From assembly GCA_020200285.1 (NCBI GenBank), contig JAIVIY010000001.1, positions 4,031-68,030 of the forward strand: DNA of 64,000 nucleotides. The letters run 5' to 3'. Below are positions 47,726 to 57,896 of the stretch, piece by piece. The notes under the pieces are model-generated. The model was not told where the DNA came from. It saw nothing but the letters and a program-made list of their open reading frames with translations, and made no database searches. Source of the DNA: Novosphingobium sp. Its GTDB lineage: Bacteria > Pseudomonadota > Alphaproteobacteria > Sphingomonadales > Sphingomonadaceae. The translations under genes and the position numbers were made by a program. The number at the start of each line of letters is the position of its first letter. Within the stretch, counting starts at the first letter, position 1.

Positions 47726-49582
47726 ATGGCTTGGCGATCCGTTTCAGCTGCGCTGCTATTTTCGACCGCGCTGCTTGCCTTACAGCCAGTCCACGCACAG
47801 ACGGCGGCGGCTGCCGCACCTGCAGCTACGGCTCCGCTCAACGTCGCCGAGCTTGAATCCTATATCGCCGAGACCATGCAGGCATGGCGGGTTCCGGGCG
47901 CCGCGATCGCCATCGTCAAGGGCGACGACATCGTCTTTCTGAAGGGCATAGGCCATGCCGACACGGCCAGCCGGCGCCCGGTCGATCCGGACACTTTGTT
48001 CGCCGCCGGTTCGACCACCAAGGCGTTCACCTCGTTCGGGGTCGGCCTCCTCGCAGATCAAGGGAAACTCACCTTCGACACGCCCGTCGTGGAATACCTG
48101 CCCAGGTTCCAGATGGCGGACCACAAGGCGACGGAGCTGGTCACGTTGCGCGACATGCTCAGCCACCGGACCGGCCTGCCGCGGCACGACGCGCTCTGGT
48201 ACAACAAGAACGACTTTGCGCTTTCGGACCTGCCGCCGCTCTTTGCCAATCTCGAATCGAGCGCCCCCATCCGGGCCGAGTGGCAGTACAACAACCTGAT
48301 GTACATGACGGCGGGCTACGTCGCGCAGGTGAAGTCGGGGGCGGCCTCGTGGGAGACGTTTACGCGCGATCGAATCTTGACGCCGCTCGGAATGACGCGG
48401 ACCAACTTCTCGGTCGAGCGAATGGACAACGATCGCAATGCCGCGCTCGCCTACAAACTCGACGAGGCGCGGAATATCGTCAACATACCTCGTCGCAACA
48501 TTGACGCGGTCGGTCCCGCGGGCTCGATAAACACAAGCGCGCGCGACATGGCGCAGTGGCTGCTCGTGCATATGAACGGGGGAAAATATCGGGGTCGCCA
48601 GATCATCAATCCGGCGACGCTGTCGGACCTGCATTCACCTTTGATACCAGTCGGCGGACGGCCGGAGTTCAAGGAGTTCTCGAACGCATTTTATGGCATG
48701 GCGTGGATGATCGACAACTATCGCGGTCACCGCCGGATCCAGCACGGCGGCAATATCGACGGCTTCACCGCACGCGTGACCTTCTTTCCCGATGCCGGGA
48801 TCGGCACGGTCATCTTCATGAACATGCAAGGGACGCCGCTACCCGCCCACCTCAGCCTCGACATCGCCGATCGTCAGCTTGGGCTCGAGCCGGTCAACTG
48901 GGCGCGCAAGATGCTTGCCCGTCGGAACGTGACCGAGGCGGCGACCGACACAGCCAAAGCGCGAAAGGACGAATTGAAGGTCGCTGGCACGAGGCCGGCG
49001 CACGCGATCGCTAGCTACGCGGGGCGGTACGTCCATCCGAGCTATGGCCCGGTCACCGTTACCGGCTCCAACGGAACGCTCGCCGCGACCTATAATGGGA
49101 TGGCGGTGGACCTGGGCCACTGGCACTATGAAGTGTTCAATGCCGATCCCCGGCTTGAACAGGACAAGGGCTTCGAGAATCTGAAATTTCAGTTCGACAC
49201 CGACCTCAAGGGCCGCGTCGCCGCGGTGAAGGTCGAGCTAGAATCGGCGGTCGAGCCGATCGTCTTCCGGCGCGAGGCCGAGGCGCGATTGAGCGATCCG
49301 GCCTATCTCCGGCGCTTCGTCGGTCAGTACCAGTACCTCGACCGCACCGTTACGGTCGAACTCGTCGGCGACCACTTGGTGCTCGATATCCCGGGACAAG
49401 GGCGCCAGAATCTCGATGCCGACATCGACGGCAGCTTCACACTCGAAAATGCGAGCAGCGTCAGCGTCGTGTTCAACGAGAGTGGCAACCGGGTGAGCGG
49501 TTTCGCGCTTCGCCAGCCGGGCGGCATCTTCGAGGTCAAGAGGCTTCCCGAGACGACGTCCCCGCCCGTCATCGAGCAATGA
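47726..49582 (+). CDS. Exported serine hydrolase 4 (S12) with DUF3471-like and extra C-terminal domains
   Basis: Signal peptide, VPGAAIAIV, F.AGSTTK, WQYNN, GPAGSI, QHGGNIDGF, YAGRY.HPSYG, L.HWHYEVF. Confidence 0.92.
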   Translation: MAWRSVSAALLFSTALLALQPVHAQTAAAAAPAATAPLNVAELESYIAETMQAWRVPGAAIAIVKGDDIVFLKGIGHADTASRRPVDPDTLFAAGSTTKAFTSFGVGLLADQGKLTFDTPVVEYLPRFQMADHKATELVTLRDMLSHRTGLPRHDALWYNKNDFALSDLPPLFANLESSAPIRAEWQYNNLMYMTAGYVAQVKSGAASWETFTRDRILTPLGMTRTNFSVERMDNDRNAALAYKLDEARNIVNIPRRNIDAVGPAGSINTSARDMAQWLLVHMNGGKYRGRQIINPATLSDLHSPLIPVGGRPEFKEFSNAFYGMAWMIDNYRGHRRIQHGGNIDGFTARVTFFPDAGIGTVIFMNMQGTPLPAHLSLDIADRQLGLEPVNWARKMLARRNVTEAATDTAKARKDELKVAGTRPAHAIASYAGRYVHPSYGPVTVTGSNGTLAATYNGMAVDLGHWHYEVFNADPRLEQDKGFENLKFQFDTDLKGRVAAVKVELESAVEPIVFRREAEARLSDPAYLRRFVGQYQYLDRTVTVELVGDHLVLDIPGQGRQNLDADIDGSFTLENASSVSVVFNESGNRVSGFALRQPGGIFEVKRLPETTSPPVIEQ

Positions 49583-49628
49583 TCCGAGCGACCTGATCGG
49601 GTACGCGGCCGTGAAGGGACCTTTGCAT

Positions 49629-50840
49629 ATGTCACAACAACTGTTGCGCGAACCTTCCGATCCCGCTCGCCGCCACCTTCTGAAAGGAGCGCTCGCGGCC
49701 ACCGCGGTCGCCGCTCCGATGATCAATCTCGGCCATTATCGCTTGTTCGCCGCCACTCCCGCCCGCTACTCGGCCCGCGCGATCGCGGTCGTCGAGCGGG
49801 CGCTGGTGATCGACATGCTGGCGCCGCTCAAGATCGATTTCACGCCCCAAGCCTATTCCGAACCGCTCAGCGACGAGGATGCCGCCGAGTTCCGCGCCTC
49901 CGGCATCACCGGTTTTCATAACGCCGTGGGTGTTGGCGGCCCGAACGCGCGCGAGGACGCGCTTGCCTTCATGGCCGCATGGCAAGGCTTTGCCGGCCGC
50001 AACGCGGATATCTTTTCGCTCGTCGGCCTTGCCTCGGATCTCGATCGCGCGAAACAGCAGCGCAAGATCGCCGTGATCATGGGCTTGCAGAACGCATCGC
50101 ACTTCCGCGACGCCAAGGATGTAGCCTTCTTCTACGGGCTTGGCCTGCGCTGCGCGCAGCTCACCTACAACAGCCAGAATCTGCTCGGTTCCGGCAGCAC
50201 CGAGCGGGTCGACGGCGGCGTGACCGACTTCGGCGCCGCGATCATCGAGGCGATGAACGCCGCGGGCATGCTCGTCGACACCTCGCATAGCGGCGAGCGG
50301 ACCACGCTCGACGCGATCGAATTGTCGCCGCGGCCAATCGCGATCACCCATTCCAATTGCCGCGCCTTGAACGACCACCCCCGCAACAAGAGCGACGAGG
50401 CGATCGCGAAGCTTGCCAAAAAGGGCGGCGTGATGGGGATCACCGGGGTCCGCAATTTCGTTCGCGACCGCGAGCCCACCACCATCGTTCATCTGGCTGA
50501 CCATATCGATCATGTCGCCAAACTCGTCGGCATCGAGCATGTCGGTATCGGCTCGGACTCCGATCTCAACGGCTATGACGATATGCCGCCCGATCAGTAC
50601 AAGGCTCTCAAGGCCGGCTATAAATCGAGCTATTCCTTCCGCGACAAGATCGACACCGACGGCTTCGACCACCCGGCGAAGACCTATGATCTCGCCGAGG
50701 AGCTGATCCGGCGCGGCTATTCCGACGCACAGATCGAAGCGGTCCTGGGCGGCAATTTCCGCCGCCTGCTCGGTGCGACATGGGCTCGGCCGACGGCCGG
50801 TGCCGCGCCACAGGGCGAAACGCCTCCCGCGCAGCGCTAG
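49629..50840 (+). CDS. Membrane dipeptidase (M19) family, Tat-exported
   Basis: ARRHLLK twin-arginine leader, QLTYN..N.LG.G, D.SH, ITHSN.RAL..HPRN.SD, DHIDH..L.GIEHVGIGSD, GGNF.R. Confidence 0.9.
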   Translation: MSQQLLREPSDPARRHLLKGALAATAVAAPMINLGHYRLFAATPARYSARAIAVVERALVIDMLAPLKIDFTPQAYSEPLSDEDAAEFRASGITGFHNAVGVGGPNAREDALAFMAAWQGFAGRNADIFSLVGLASDLDRAKQQRKIAVIMGLQNASHFRDAKDVAFFYGLGLRCAQLTYNSQNLLGSGSTERVDGGVTDFGAAIIEAMNAAGMLVDTSHSGERTTLDAIELSPRPIAITHSNCRALNDHPRNKSDEAIAKLAKKGGVMGITGVRNFVRDREPTTIVHLADHIDHVAKLVGIEHVGIGSDSDLNGYDDMPPDQYKALKAGYKSSYSFRDKIDTDGFDHPAKTYDLAEELIRRGYSDAQIEAVLGGNFRRLLGATWARPTAGAAPQGETPPAQR

Positions 50841-50878
50841 CGAGCGATCGAATCAGCGCCCGTGCCGGTGTTCGGCCC

Positions 50879-52402
50879 TCAGGCCCTGGCGATCTCGTGG
50901 AGGAAGTCGACATAGGCCATCGTCGCCTCGTTGAGGCCGGCGACCTTCGGGTTGCTGCTCTCGATCACGAAATATTCGTCGGGCGCATGGGCGCCGTCGC
51001 CGCGGCCCAGCCCGAACTGCCCCGCCGGCAGCCGCAGCGGCGCACCGGTGAACACCACCCCCGGCCAGGAGCCGGCGCTGCGCGGCACCAGCGAATAGGT
51101 CACCCCGGCGCGGGTCAGCACCGCTTGCTCAGCGCGGATCAGCGCCGAATCCTCGGGCGTCTGCGTCGGCCCGTAGCCGCCGCTGACGTTGACCTCGATG
51201 TCGCCGAAGCCGTGTTCGGCGAGGTGCTTCCTCAGCTTGGCGACCGCATCCTCCCTGGTCATGTCGGGGACGAGCCGAAGGTCTATCTTGGCTTCGGCGC
51301 GGCCGGGGAGCACCGTCTTGCCGCCCGGCCCGGTATAGCCGCCGACCAGCCCCTGGATGTTGATCGTCGGCTGCGCCGCGAGCCGTTCCAGCGACGCTCC
51401 CCAATCCTCGTCGTTGATCCAGCGCTGGACGCCGAGCGCCTTCTTGGCGTCGGCCTCGCTGCCCTGTCGGGCTGCTTCCGCGATCAGCGCCTTCTGGCGA
51501 TCGGTCAGCGGCCGCACATGCTCGAACCATCCCGCGACCGCGGGCGTATGGCCGTCCTCCTCGACGAGCGTGCTGAGCGCCTGGACGAGGTGCCATGCCG
51601 GGCTGTCAACCCGCGCCATCTGGCTCGAATGAATGTCCTTGGCCGGGCCGCGGCCCCATTTCTCGCCGCTCGCGATCAACTGCAGCTCGACCGCGCCCTT
51701 GGCGCCCAGCACGAGCGACGCATTGCCGTTCGGCCCCTGGCTCGCGCTCGGGATGATCACCCCCATGCATTTCTTCATCGCCGCCAGCACTTCGGGATCG
51801 GCGATGACCTGATGGAAGTGTGGCGAGGCGATCTCCTCCTCGCCTTCCGCCACCAAAGCGATATTAACCGGCGGCGTGCGCCCGGCGGCGCGGATTGCGT
51901 GGAGCGCGGCCAGGAAGGCGGCCTGCGGCCCCTTCTGGTTGACGGCGCCGCGGCCCATAATGACCTTGCCGGCGTCAGGGCGGTCGACGATTCGCCCCTC
52001 GAGCGGGGGCGACGTCCATTCGGCCGGGTCGAACTGCTTGACGTCGTACATGAAATAGATGCCCATCCAGCGCTTTGCGCCGGCATCGAGCGTCGCGAAC
52101 ACACCCGGCACGCCATCGGTCGGCACTTTCCTGACACGCTGAAAGCCGGCGTCCCTCGCCAGCTGCATCATATAGTCGGCGCCGCCGTCGACATTGAGCT
52201 TCTCGGCCGCGATGGTGGGGTTGGCGATCCAGTCCTGGATGCGCTTCACCGATGCGTCGTGGCCGGCCTCGATCGCCTTGCGGATCGCTTCGAGTTCGCC
52301 CGCCCGCGCGAGCGCCGTCCCCGGCGCCAGCAGCACGGCCCCGGCGGCGGCGCCCGCGAGCACGCCTCGGCGATCCATGGTAAAAGGGGCGTTGTCGCTC
52401 AT
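50879..52402 (-). CDS. M20 family metallopeptidase, Tat-exported
   Basis: DRRGVL leader, YFMYDVK, W.SPP, GRGAVNQKG, EGEEEI.S, HSS, GAHAPDEY. Confidence 0.88.
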   Translation of the reverse strand: MSDNAPFTMDRRGVLAGAAAGAVLLAPGTALARAGELEAIRKAIEAGHDASVKRIQDWIANPTIAAEKLNVDGGADYMMQLARDAGFQRVRKVPTDGVPGVFATLDAGAKRWMGIYFMYDVKQFDPAEWTSPPLEGRIVDRPDAGKVIMGRGAVNQKGPQAAFLAALHAIRAAGRTPPVNIALVAEGEEEIASPHFHQVIADPEVLAAMKKCMGVIIPSASQGPNGNASLVLGAKGAVELQLIASGEKWGRGPAKDIHSSQMARVDSPAWHLVQALSTLVEEDGHTPAVAGWFEHVRPLTDRQKALIAEAARQGSEADAKKALGVQRWINDEDWGASLERLAAQPTINIQGLVGGYTGPGGKTVLPGRAEAKIDLRLVPDMTREDAVAKLRKHLAEHGFGDIEVNVSGGYGPTQTPEDSALIRAEQAVLTRAGVTYSLVPRSAGSWPGVVFTGAPLRLPAGQFGLGRGDGAHAPDEYFVIESSNPKVAGLNEATMAYVDFLHEIARA

Positions 52403-52478
52403 CTCGCTGTTCCTCTTTCCCCAGCGCCACCCGGACATCTAGACGCCCCCTTTTGGAGCACCGGCATCCGCGGTCTCT

Positions 52479-54077
52479 TCATTTGCTCGCGGGCGCCGGC
52501 GTGAACAGAAGATCCTGATAGTCGTAGCTGAAATCCGCCAGCGGCGAGACCGGCTTCATCGTGATCCGCTCGACCTTGCCGTCCGCGTCGAGGCTGAAAG
52601 TGACATAGGCCGGCTCGATGGTCGGATCGTCCCAACGGGTGCGGAAGCTGTCATATTGCCAATGCTCCAACTGTCCGGTCATTCGGGGCGTTTGCTTGAA
52701 GTCGATGACGAGCTTGCCGCCATCGGCCCGGATCGCGATCGGGCCGTACCACGGGTCGGCATAGTCGCCGGCATAGCGTGCCAGCGGCAGCGACGGCCCG
52801 ATTTGTGCAGGCTGCGCGGTCTCGCTGTTGAACGAGGCCAGCGCCCCCGCGACGCGCCCGGCCTTGTAGGAGCGCCATGCCGTCGGCCAGTCCTGCGCCG
52901 GCACCTCGAGATAATGGTCGATCAGCTCGTACATCAGGCCGCGGATCAGCTCGCCATCCTCGGAATTGATCAGGATCGAGAAGCCGACATCCTGTTCCGG
53001 AATCAGCACCACCAGCGCCTGGAAGCCGAACACGGCGCCGCCATGCGAGACGATCTTGGCGCCCTTGTAATCCTGCACGTCCCAGCCCAGCGCATAGGTG
53101 TCGAACATCGGTTCGGCGGCCTTGAGCGCGGCCGGCATCGGCGTGATCGGCTGCAGCACGTGCGGCTTCCACATCTCCTTCGCCGCCGCTTCGCTGAACA
53201 GTCGGCCGCCGCCGGGAAGCGCGCCCTTCGCCAGCTGGATGCGTAGCCAGCGCGCCATGTCGGCGGCGCTGATCGCGAGCCCGCCGGCGGGGGCCGCGTT
53301 GCGCCCCAGCCCGTCCTTCTCGTCGAGCACCGCCTGATCGCCGACGCCGCGGAAGGCACCGTTCAGCCTGGCATGGGGATGGGCGCGGTCGGGCGTCGCG
53401 AAGCGCCGCTCGTCGTCGCTGGTCGAGCGCAGCATTCCGGCCGGCTTCAATATCTGTTCGGCGACGAACGCCTCCCATGTCTGACCCGTCACCTCCTCGA
53501 TCAGCTGCCCGGCCACCATGTAGAGGATATTGTCATAGGCGTAACCGCTGCGAAAACTGGTCGCCGGCTTGATGTAGCGCAGCCGCTTCACGCTTTCGGC
53601 GCGGCTGAGATTGGTTCGCGGCACGAACAGCAGGTCGCCGGCGCCAAGGCCAAGGCCGCTGCGGTGGACGAGCAGGTCGCGGATGGTTATCTCGCGCGTC
53701 ACCCAGGGATCGTACATCTGGAAGCCGGGCAGGTGATCGATCACCTTATCATCCCAGTCGATCTTGCCGCGGTCGACGAGGAGCGCCAGCGCGGCGGCGG
53801 TGAACGCCTTGCCGGTCGATCCGGTCGGGAAGATGGTGTCGGCGGTGACGTCCCCCCGGGCGCCGAGCTTCCGCACGCCATAGCCCTTGGCGAGCGTCGT
53901 CGCGCCGTCTTCGACGATCACGATCGCCATGCCCGGTACGCCGACCGACCGCCTCAGCTCTTCCACACGCTCGTCGAAGCCGGCGGGCGGAGCTGCGAGG
54001 AGGGACTGGGGCAGGGCCAGCAACCCGATCGCGAACGCGATCGGCGCCACCGAACGGCGGATCGGAGAGAGTGACAT
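52479..54077 (-). CDS. Exported serine hydrolase 5 (S12) with DUF3471-like domain
   Basis: Signal peptide, VPGMAI, F.TGSTGK, DLLVHRSGLG, YAYDN, SHGG, YAGDY.DPWYG, LEHWQYDSF, DFS.DYQDL. Confidence 0.92.
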   Translation of the reverse strand: MSLSPIRRSVAPIAFAIGLLALPQSLLAAPPAGFDERVEELRRSVGVPGMAIVIVEDGATTLAKGYGVRKLGARGDVTADTIFPTGSTGKAFTAAALALLVDRGKIDWDDKVIDHLPGFQMYDPWVTREITIRDLLVHRSGLGLGAGDLLFVPRTNLSRAESVKRLRYIKPATSFRSGYAYDNILYMVAGQLIEEVTGQTWEAFVAEQILKPAGMLRSTSDDERRFATPDRAHPHARLNGAFRGVGDQAVLDEKDGLGRNAAPAGGLAISAADMARWLRIQLAKGALPGGGRLFSEAAAKEMWKPHVLQPITPMPAALKAAEPMFDTYALGWDVQDYKGAKIVSHGGAVFGFQALVVLIPEQDVGFSILINSEDGELIRGLMYELIDHYLEVPAQDWPTAWRSYKAGRVAGALASFNSETAQPAQIGPSLPLARYAGDYADPWYGPIAIRADGGKLVIDFKQTPRMTGQLEHWQYDSFRTRWDDPTIEPAYVTFSLDADGKVERITMKPVSPLADFSYDYQDLLFTPAPASK

Positions 54078-54085
54078 GATAGCTC

Positions 54086-55213
54086 CTATCTTGCGGCCGA
54101 GGCCCCATCGTGGGAGGAAGCGGGCCTGCGATGAATCTGCCAGACGCCGATCGTGAGCAGCGGAAGCACGAAGATCGCCAGCATGATATATCCGAAGGCG
54201 CCGTATCCGCTCGCGATCAAGTCGACGAGACCGAAGCGCGAGGCGATCACGCCTGACCCGATCACCAGCACGGCACTGACCGCGAATCTCGCTCTCTTTG
54301 GCAACACCGCGCCGCTCCGGCTGGCGGCGACACGCTCGTTCACGCCGTTGACGACGCCGACCCCCGTTTCGAGGAGCGCCAGGAAGATCATCAGCTGGAA
54401 CAGGATTTGGAACCAGCCGAGGCCGATCTCGCGCAGCAGTCGGTCGGACGGTAGCGCCTCGTTGCCGATTTCGGGATAATAAGCGATCATGCAGAGGAAG
54501 AAGAGCAGCGCCGGAAGCATTGCCAGCGGGCCGCTAAGAAGCCCGGCGATCATCGCGTCGCGCCGGCTCGTCAAATGCTGGAGGAACGGCAGGATCGCCA
54601 CCGCCGCGACGACATTGTAGCTGGCATAGGTGACGCCACCGATGAACCAGCCCTCGGTCGGCACGTCGAGCGCGAGCCGCGGGCCGATCCGGTCGCCGAA
54701 ATGGCTGAGCGCGAGTACGAAGAAGAGCGCATAAATGACGTACAGCGCCGTCGACGAATATCTGAACATGCGCTCCGCGGCTTCGGTGCCGAAGCTGGTG
54801 ACGCCGACGATCGCCGCCATCAGGGCGACTGTCCCGACCCACATCGGCATGCCGAGCACCGACGCGCCGATCGTTCCCGCCGCAGCCGCGACCACCGCGA
54901 GGATGAGGACCAGGAACAGGATATAGGCAATCTCGAAGATGATCCAGTAACGGCCGAGCAGGCCCTGGAAGAAGGTCCGATAGTCATAGGCGGATATCGC
55001 GCGGGCGAGCACAAACGCCAGGGCGCACACCACGCTCCAGATCAGCATCGCCAGCAACAGGCCCAGCAGCCCGCCGCGCGGGCCGCTGCCGATGAAGAAT
55101 TCGGCAAGCTCGCGGCCGGTGGCGTAGCCGCCGCCGATTATCACGCCCTTGAAGGCGAAGCCGGGCAGCAGAAAGCGCTGGAACCAGGAAGACCCGTTGC
55201 CGACGCCGGCCAT
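54086..55213 (-). CDS. YkvI family multi-pass membrane transporter
   Basis: VIIGGGYATGRELAEFF motif and about 10 hydrophobic segments. Confidence 0.85.
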   Translation of the reverse strand: MAGVGNGSSWFQRFLLPGFAFKGVIIGGGYATGRELAEFFIGSGPRGGLLGLLLAMLIWSVVCALAFVLARAISAYDYRTFFQGLLGRYWIIFEIAYILFLVLILAVVAAAAGTIGASVLGMPMWVGTVALMAAIVGVTSFGTEAAERMFRYSSTALYVIYALFFVLALSHFGDRIGPRLALDVPTEGWFIGGVTYASYNVVAAVAILPFLQHLTSRRDAMIAGLLSGPLAMLPALLFFLCMIAYYPEIGNEALPSDRLLREIGLGWFQILFQLMIFLALLETGVGVVNGVNERVAASRSGAVLPKRARFAVSAVLVIGSGVIASRFGLVDLIASGYGAFGYIMLAIFVLPLLTIGVWQIHRRPASSHDGASAAR

Positions 55214-56256
55214 CAGGCGAGGCAGTTGTCGAGCAGCCGCTCGAACACCGCGCCGCCACGCAGCGGATCCGCGACAGGGAGGCCGAGTCGATCGGCTTCA
55301 GCGGCGATCAGGTCGTCCGCTTCTTCGGGCGTGAGGCTCGCGGTGTTGAGGCTGACCCCGCCGCAGCGGATCGCGGGATTGGTCCTGCCGCCGAGACGAA
55401 GGTTGAGCTCGATCGTCTCCTCGATCGTCGGCAGGGCGTAGCCGGGATTGCCGAGCGTCTTCGTCCGGTGCGCTTCGTCACAGACGACGATGACATCCGG
55501 CTGGCTGCCATGGAGCAGCGCAAGCGACACGCCCGCATAGGCGGGGTGGAACAACGAGCCCTGGCCTTCGATCACGTCCCAATGATCGGGCGCCGCGTCC
55601 GGGCTCAGCATCTCGGCCGCGCCCGCCGCGAAGTCAGCGACGACCGCGTCCATCGGAATGCCGCTGCCGGCGATCATGATCCCCGTCTGCCCGGTCGCGC
55701 GGAAGTCCGCGTTCAGACCACGACGCAAGAACGCCTGGGCGATCGACAACGCGGAATATTTCTTGCCGAGCGCGCAGTCGGTGCCGACCGTGAGCAATCT
55801 TTTCCCGGAGCGCTTTCGGCCCGACGCCACCGGTATATCGGAGGGCGGACGGCGGACATCAATAAGCCGTCGGTGAAGGCGCTCCGCCGTGGCCTTCAGG
55901 GCTGGCACGTCGGCCAGCCGGGCGTGCATGCCGCTGACGATGTCGAGCCCTGCTTCGAGCGCCTCGACAAGGTAGGGCACCCAGCTCTCGCTGATCAACC
56001 CGCCTGAATTGGCGACGCCGATCACCAGCGACCGGGCCCCCTTCGCCTTGGCTTCGCCGGGATCGAGCCGGGGCAAGCCGGTGGCCACCGTCGCCTCGGG
56101 ACAGGCGAATTCTCCTACGCATTTGTCGTTCGCCCAGTCGCGCAGCCCGAAAGCGGTCTTGGCGTAGCCGGGCTCGGTCGTATCGCCCAGGAACAGCAAA
56201 TAGGGCTGCGGCAAACGCTGTTCCCGGTCAGCCTCTATCTTCTGCAGCGCGGTCAT
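55213..56256 (-). CDS. dgcN: DUF1611 family protein (DgcN-type D-glutamate N-acetyltransferase)
   Basis: PYLLFLGD, AKTA.GL.DW, IGVAN.GG, TVGTDCALGKKY, FRATGQTGI, VIEGQGSLFHPAYAGVSL.LLHGSQPD. Confidence 0.85.
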   Translation of the reverse strand: MTALQKIEADREQRLPQPYLLFLGDTTEPGYAKTAFGLRDWANDKCVGEFACPEATVATGLPRLDPGEAKAKGARSLVIGVANSGGLISESWVPYLVEALEAGLDIVSGMHARLADVPALKATAERLHRRLIDVRRPPSDIPVASGRKRSGKRLLTVGTDCALGKKYSALSIAQAFLRRGLNADFRATGQTGIMIAGSGIPMDAVVADFAAGAAEMLSPDAAPDHWDVIEGQGSLFHPAYAGVSLALLHGSQPDVIVVCDEAHRTKTLGNPGYALPTIEETIELNLRLGGRTNPAIRCGGVSLNTASLTPEEADDLIAAEADRLGLPVADPLRGGAVFERLLDNCLA

Positions 56257-56498
56257 CGAACTTCACTCTCGTGAGTGACGCAAGTCAGCCATCGATCGAG
56301 ATCCATAACGCCTTCCGATTGATAGGGCAGCGCTCGACTGCCTGTTGCTGACACGAACTGCGGTTTGCGCGCTGCGGTCGAACAGATAGCGGACCAAGTC
56401 ATCTGGAAATCCGTTGCGGCGTCAGCGTGAGGGGCCGGCGCGGCGGGCCGAGCCTGAGGGTGAAACATGTCCGGTCTCGCAGGGAGGACGATCGGGAC

Positions 56499-56526
56499 AC
56501 AATGGTCCTAAACAGAGAAAAGTCAA
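56499..56526 (-). promoter_or_regulatory. Sigma70 promoter with island operator in the spacer (dgcN operon)
   Basis: Minus strand TTGACT-N16-CATTGT; GGTCC-TAAACA-GAGAA at 56504-56519, same layout as at 42440. Confidence 0.6.
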
Positions 56527-56603
56527 TCGAGTAGATAAGGGGAAGAAACCTCATCTGCTCCGCTCATAGACGGATGGCGCCGCTGAGTCCTGGCTGGCTT
56601 TGG

Positions 56604-57896
56604 TCAAGTGGCCGCCCGGAGTTCCGCGGCACGCGCGGCATCAACCTTTCGTGCCGCCCGATCAAGCAGGAGCAGCAGGCCCGCCGCGGTGATCGCCACG
56701 GCGGTGAGCAGCGTGAAGAAGATGGGGCGGCTGATCACGCTCCACAGCGTTCCGACCAGCCCGGCGAAGAGGCTGCCCGAGAAGATTGCGAGGAACCATG
56801 CCGCTACGGTTGTCGCGCCGAATTTGGGTGGCGCCAACCGGGCGAAAAGTCCGAGCCCGGTCGGGAGAATGTAGAGTTCGCCGGCGGTGAAGATGACGAA
56901 GAACAGCGCCAGCCAGAGCCAGCTGGCGCGACCGGGCTCGATGCTCGCGGAGATCAGTGCCAGCAGCAGATAGGCCGAAGCCACGATCAGCGCCCCGATC
57001 GCCATTTTTTGTGCCGGCGAGCGTTCCCGTCCGACTTCGGCGCGTCGGCGCCAATGGATCAACAGCACCGGCGTCATGATGATGACGAGCAGCGGATTGA
57101 GCGATTGGAACCAGGTCATGGGGATGGTGAAGCCGGCAACGGCGCGGTCGATCCCCACGTCCGCCCACAGCGCCACCGTATTGCCGACCTGCTCATAGGC
57201 GCCCCGGAATACCGTCACGGCGAGGCCGATGCCGAGCAGAAGCAAATAGGTTTGACGATAGCTTCCGCCGGCAGTCGAAGCGGGAGCCTGGCGCACTGCG
57301 CGCGGCGCTTCCGCGGGGAGATAGCGGCCGCCCGCAAGATATATCATGAGACCGACGACCATGCCGATCCCGGCCGCGCCGAAGCCGTAATGCCAGCCGT
57401 ACAGCTCGCCCAGGGTGCCGCAGATCAGCGGCGCGAGGAAGCCGCCGATATTGATGCCGACATAATAGACGTTGTACGCCCAGCCCCGGCGCGGGTCGTC
57501 GGCGCGGTAGAGATCGTTTATCTGGCTCGGCAGGCTTGGCAGGAAGAAGCCGTTGCCCAGCGCGATCGTCGTCAGCGCGAAATAGAAAAGAGGCTCGAAC
57601 GCCATCATGAAATGGCCGGCCGCCATGATGCTGGCGCCGATGATCACCGCCTTCCGCTTGCCGAGCCAGCGGTCGGCGATGGCGCCGCCCAGGATCGGCG
57701 TGAAGTAGGCGAAGGCGGTGTAGGTGCCGTAGATGAAGGACGAAGTCTGCTGGCCGAGCAGCAGCTCCTTGGTCATGTAATAGACCAGCAGCGCCCGCAT
57801 TCCATAATAGGAAAACTGCTCCCACATGTTCGTGAGGAACAGGATGGTGAGACCGCGCGGTTGACCGAACCAGGTCGGCTCCGCCCGTTCGATCAT
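56604..57896 (-). CDS. POT/PTR2 proton-dependent oligopeptide transporter
   Basis: FGQPRGL..LF.TNMWEQFSYYGM (variant of ExxERFxYY), GG.IADRWLG, YYVGINIGGFLAP, WFQSLNP, GELY..P.GL. Confidence 0.93.
   Translation of the reverse strand: MIERAEPTWFGQPRGLTILFLTNMWEQFSYYGMRALLVYYMTKELLLGQQTSSFIYGTYTAFAYFTPILGGAIADRWLGKRKAVIIGASIMAAGHFMMAFEPLFYFALTTIALGNGFFLPSLPSQINDLYRADDPRRGWAYNVYYVGINIGGFLAPLICGTLGELYGWHYGFGAAGIGMVVGLMIYLAGGRYLPAEAPRAVRQAPASTAGGSYRQTYLLLLGIGLAVTVFRGAYEQVGNTVALWADVGIDRAVAGFTIPMTWFQSLNPLLVIIMTPVLLIHWRRRAEVGRERSPAQKMAIGALIVASAYLLLALISASIEPGRASWLWLALFFVIFTAGELYILPTGLGLFARLAPPKFGATTVAAWFLAIFSGSLFAGLVGTLWSVISRPIFFTLLTAVAITAAGLLLLLDRAARKVDAARAAELRAAT

Noticed and set aside
45755-57896. 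Microcystin degradation (mlr) cluster
   Set aside because: Functional classes overlap, but no MlrA (CAAX-protease-like) or MlrC (M81) gene is visible and orthology cannot be shown without a search.
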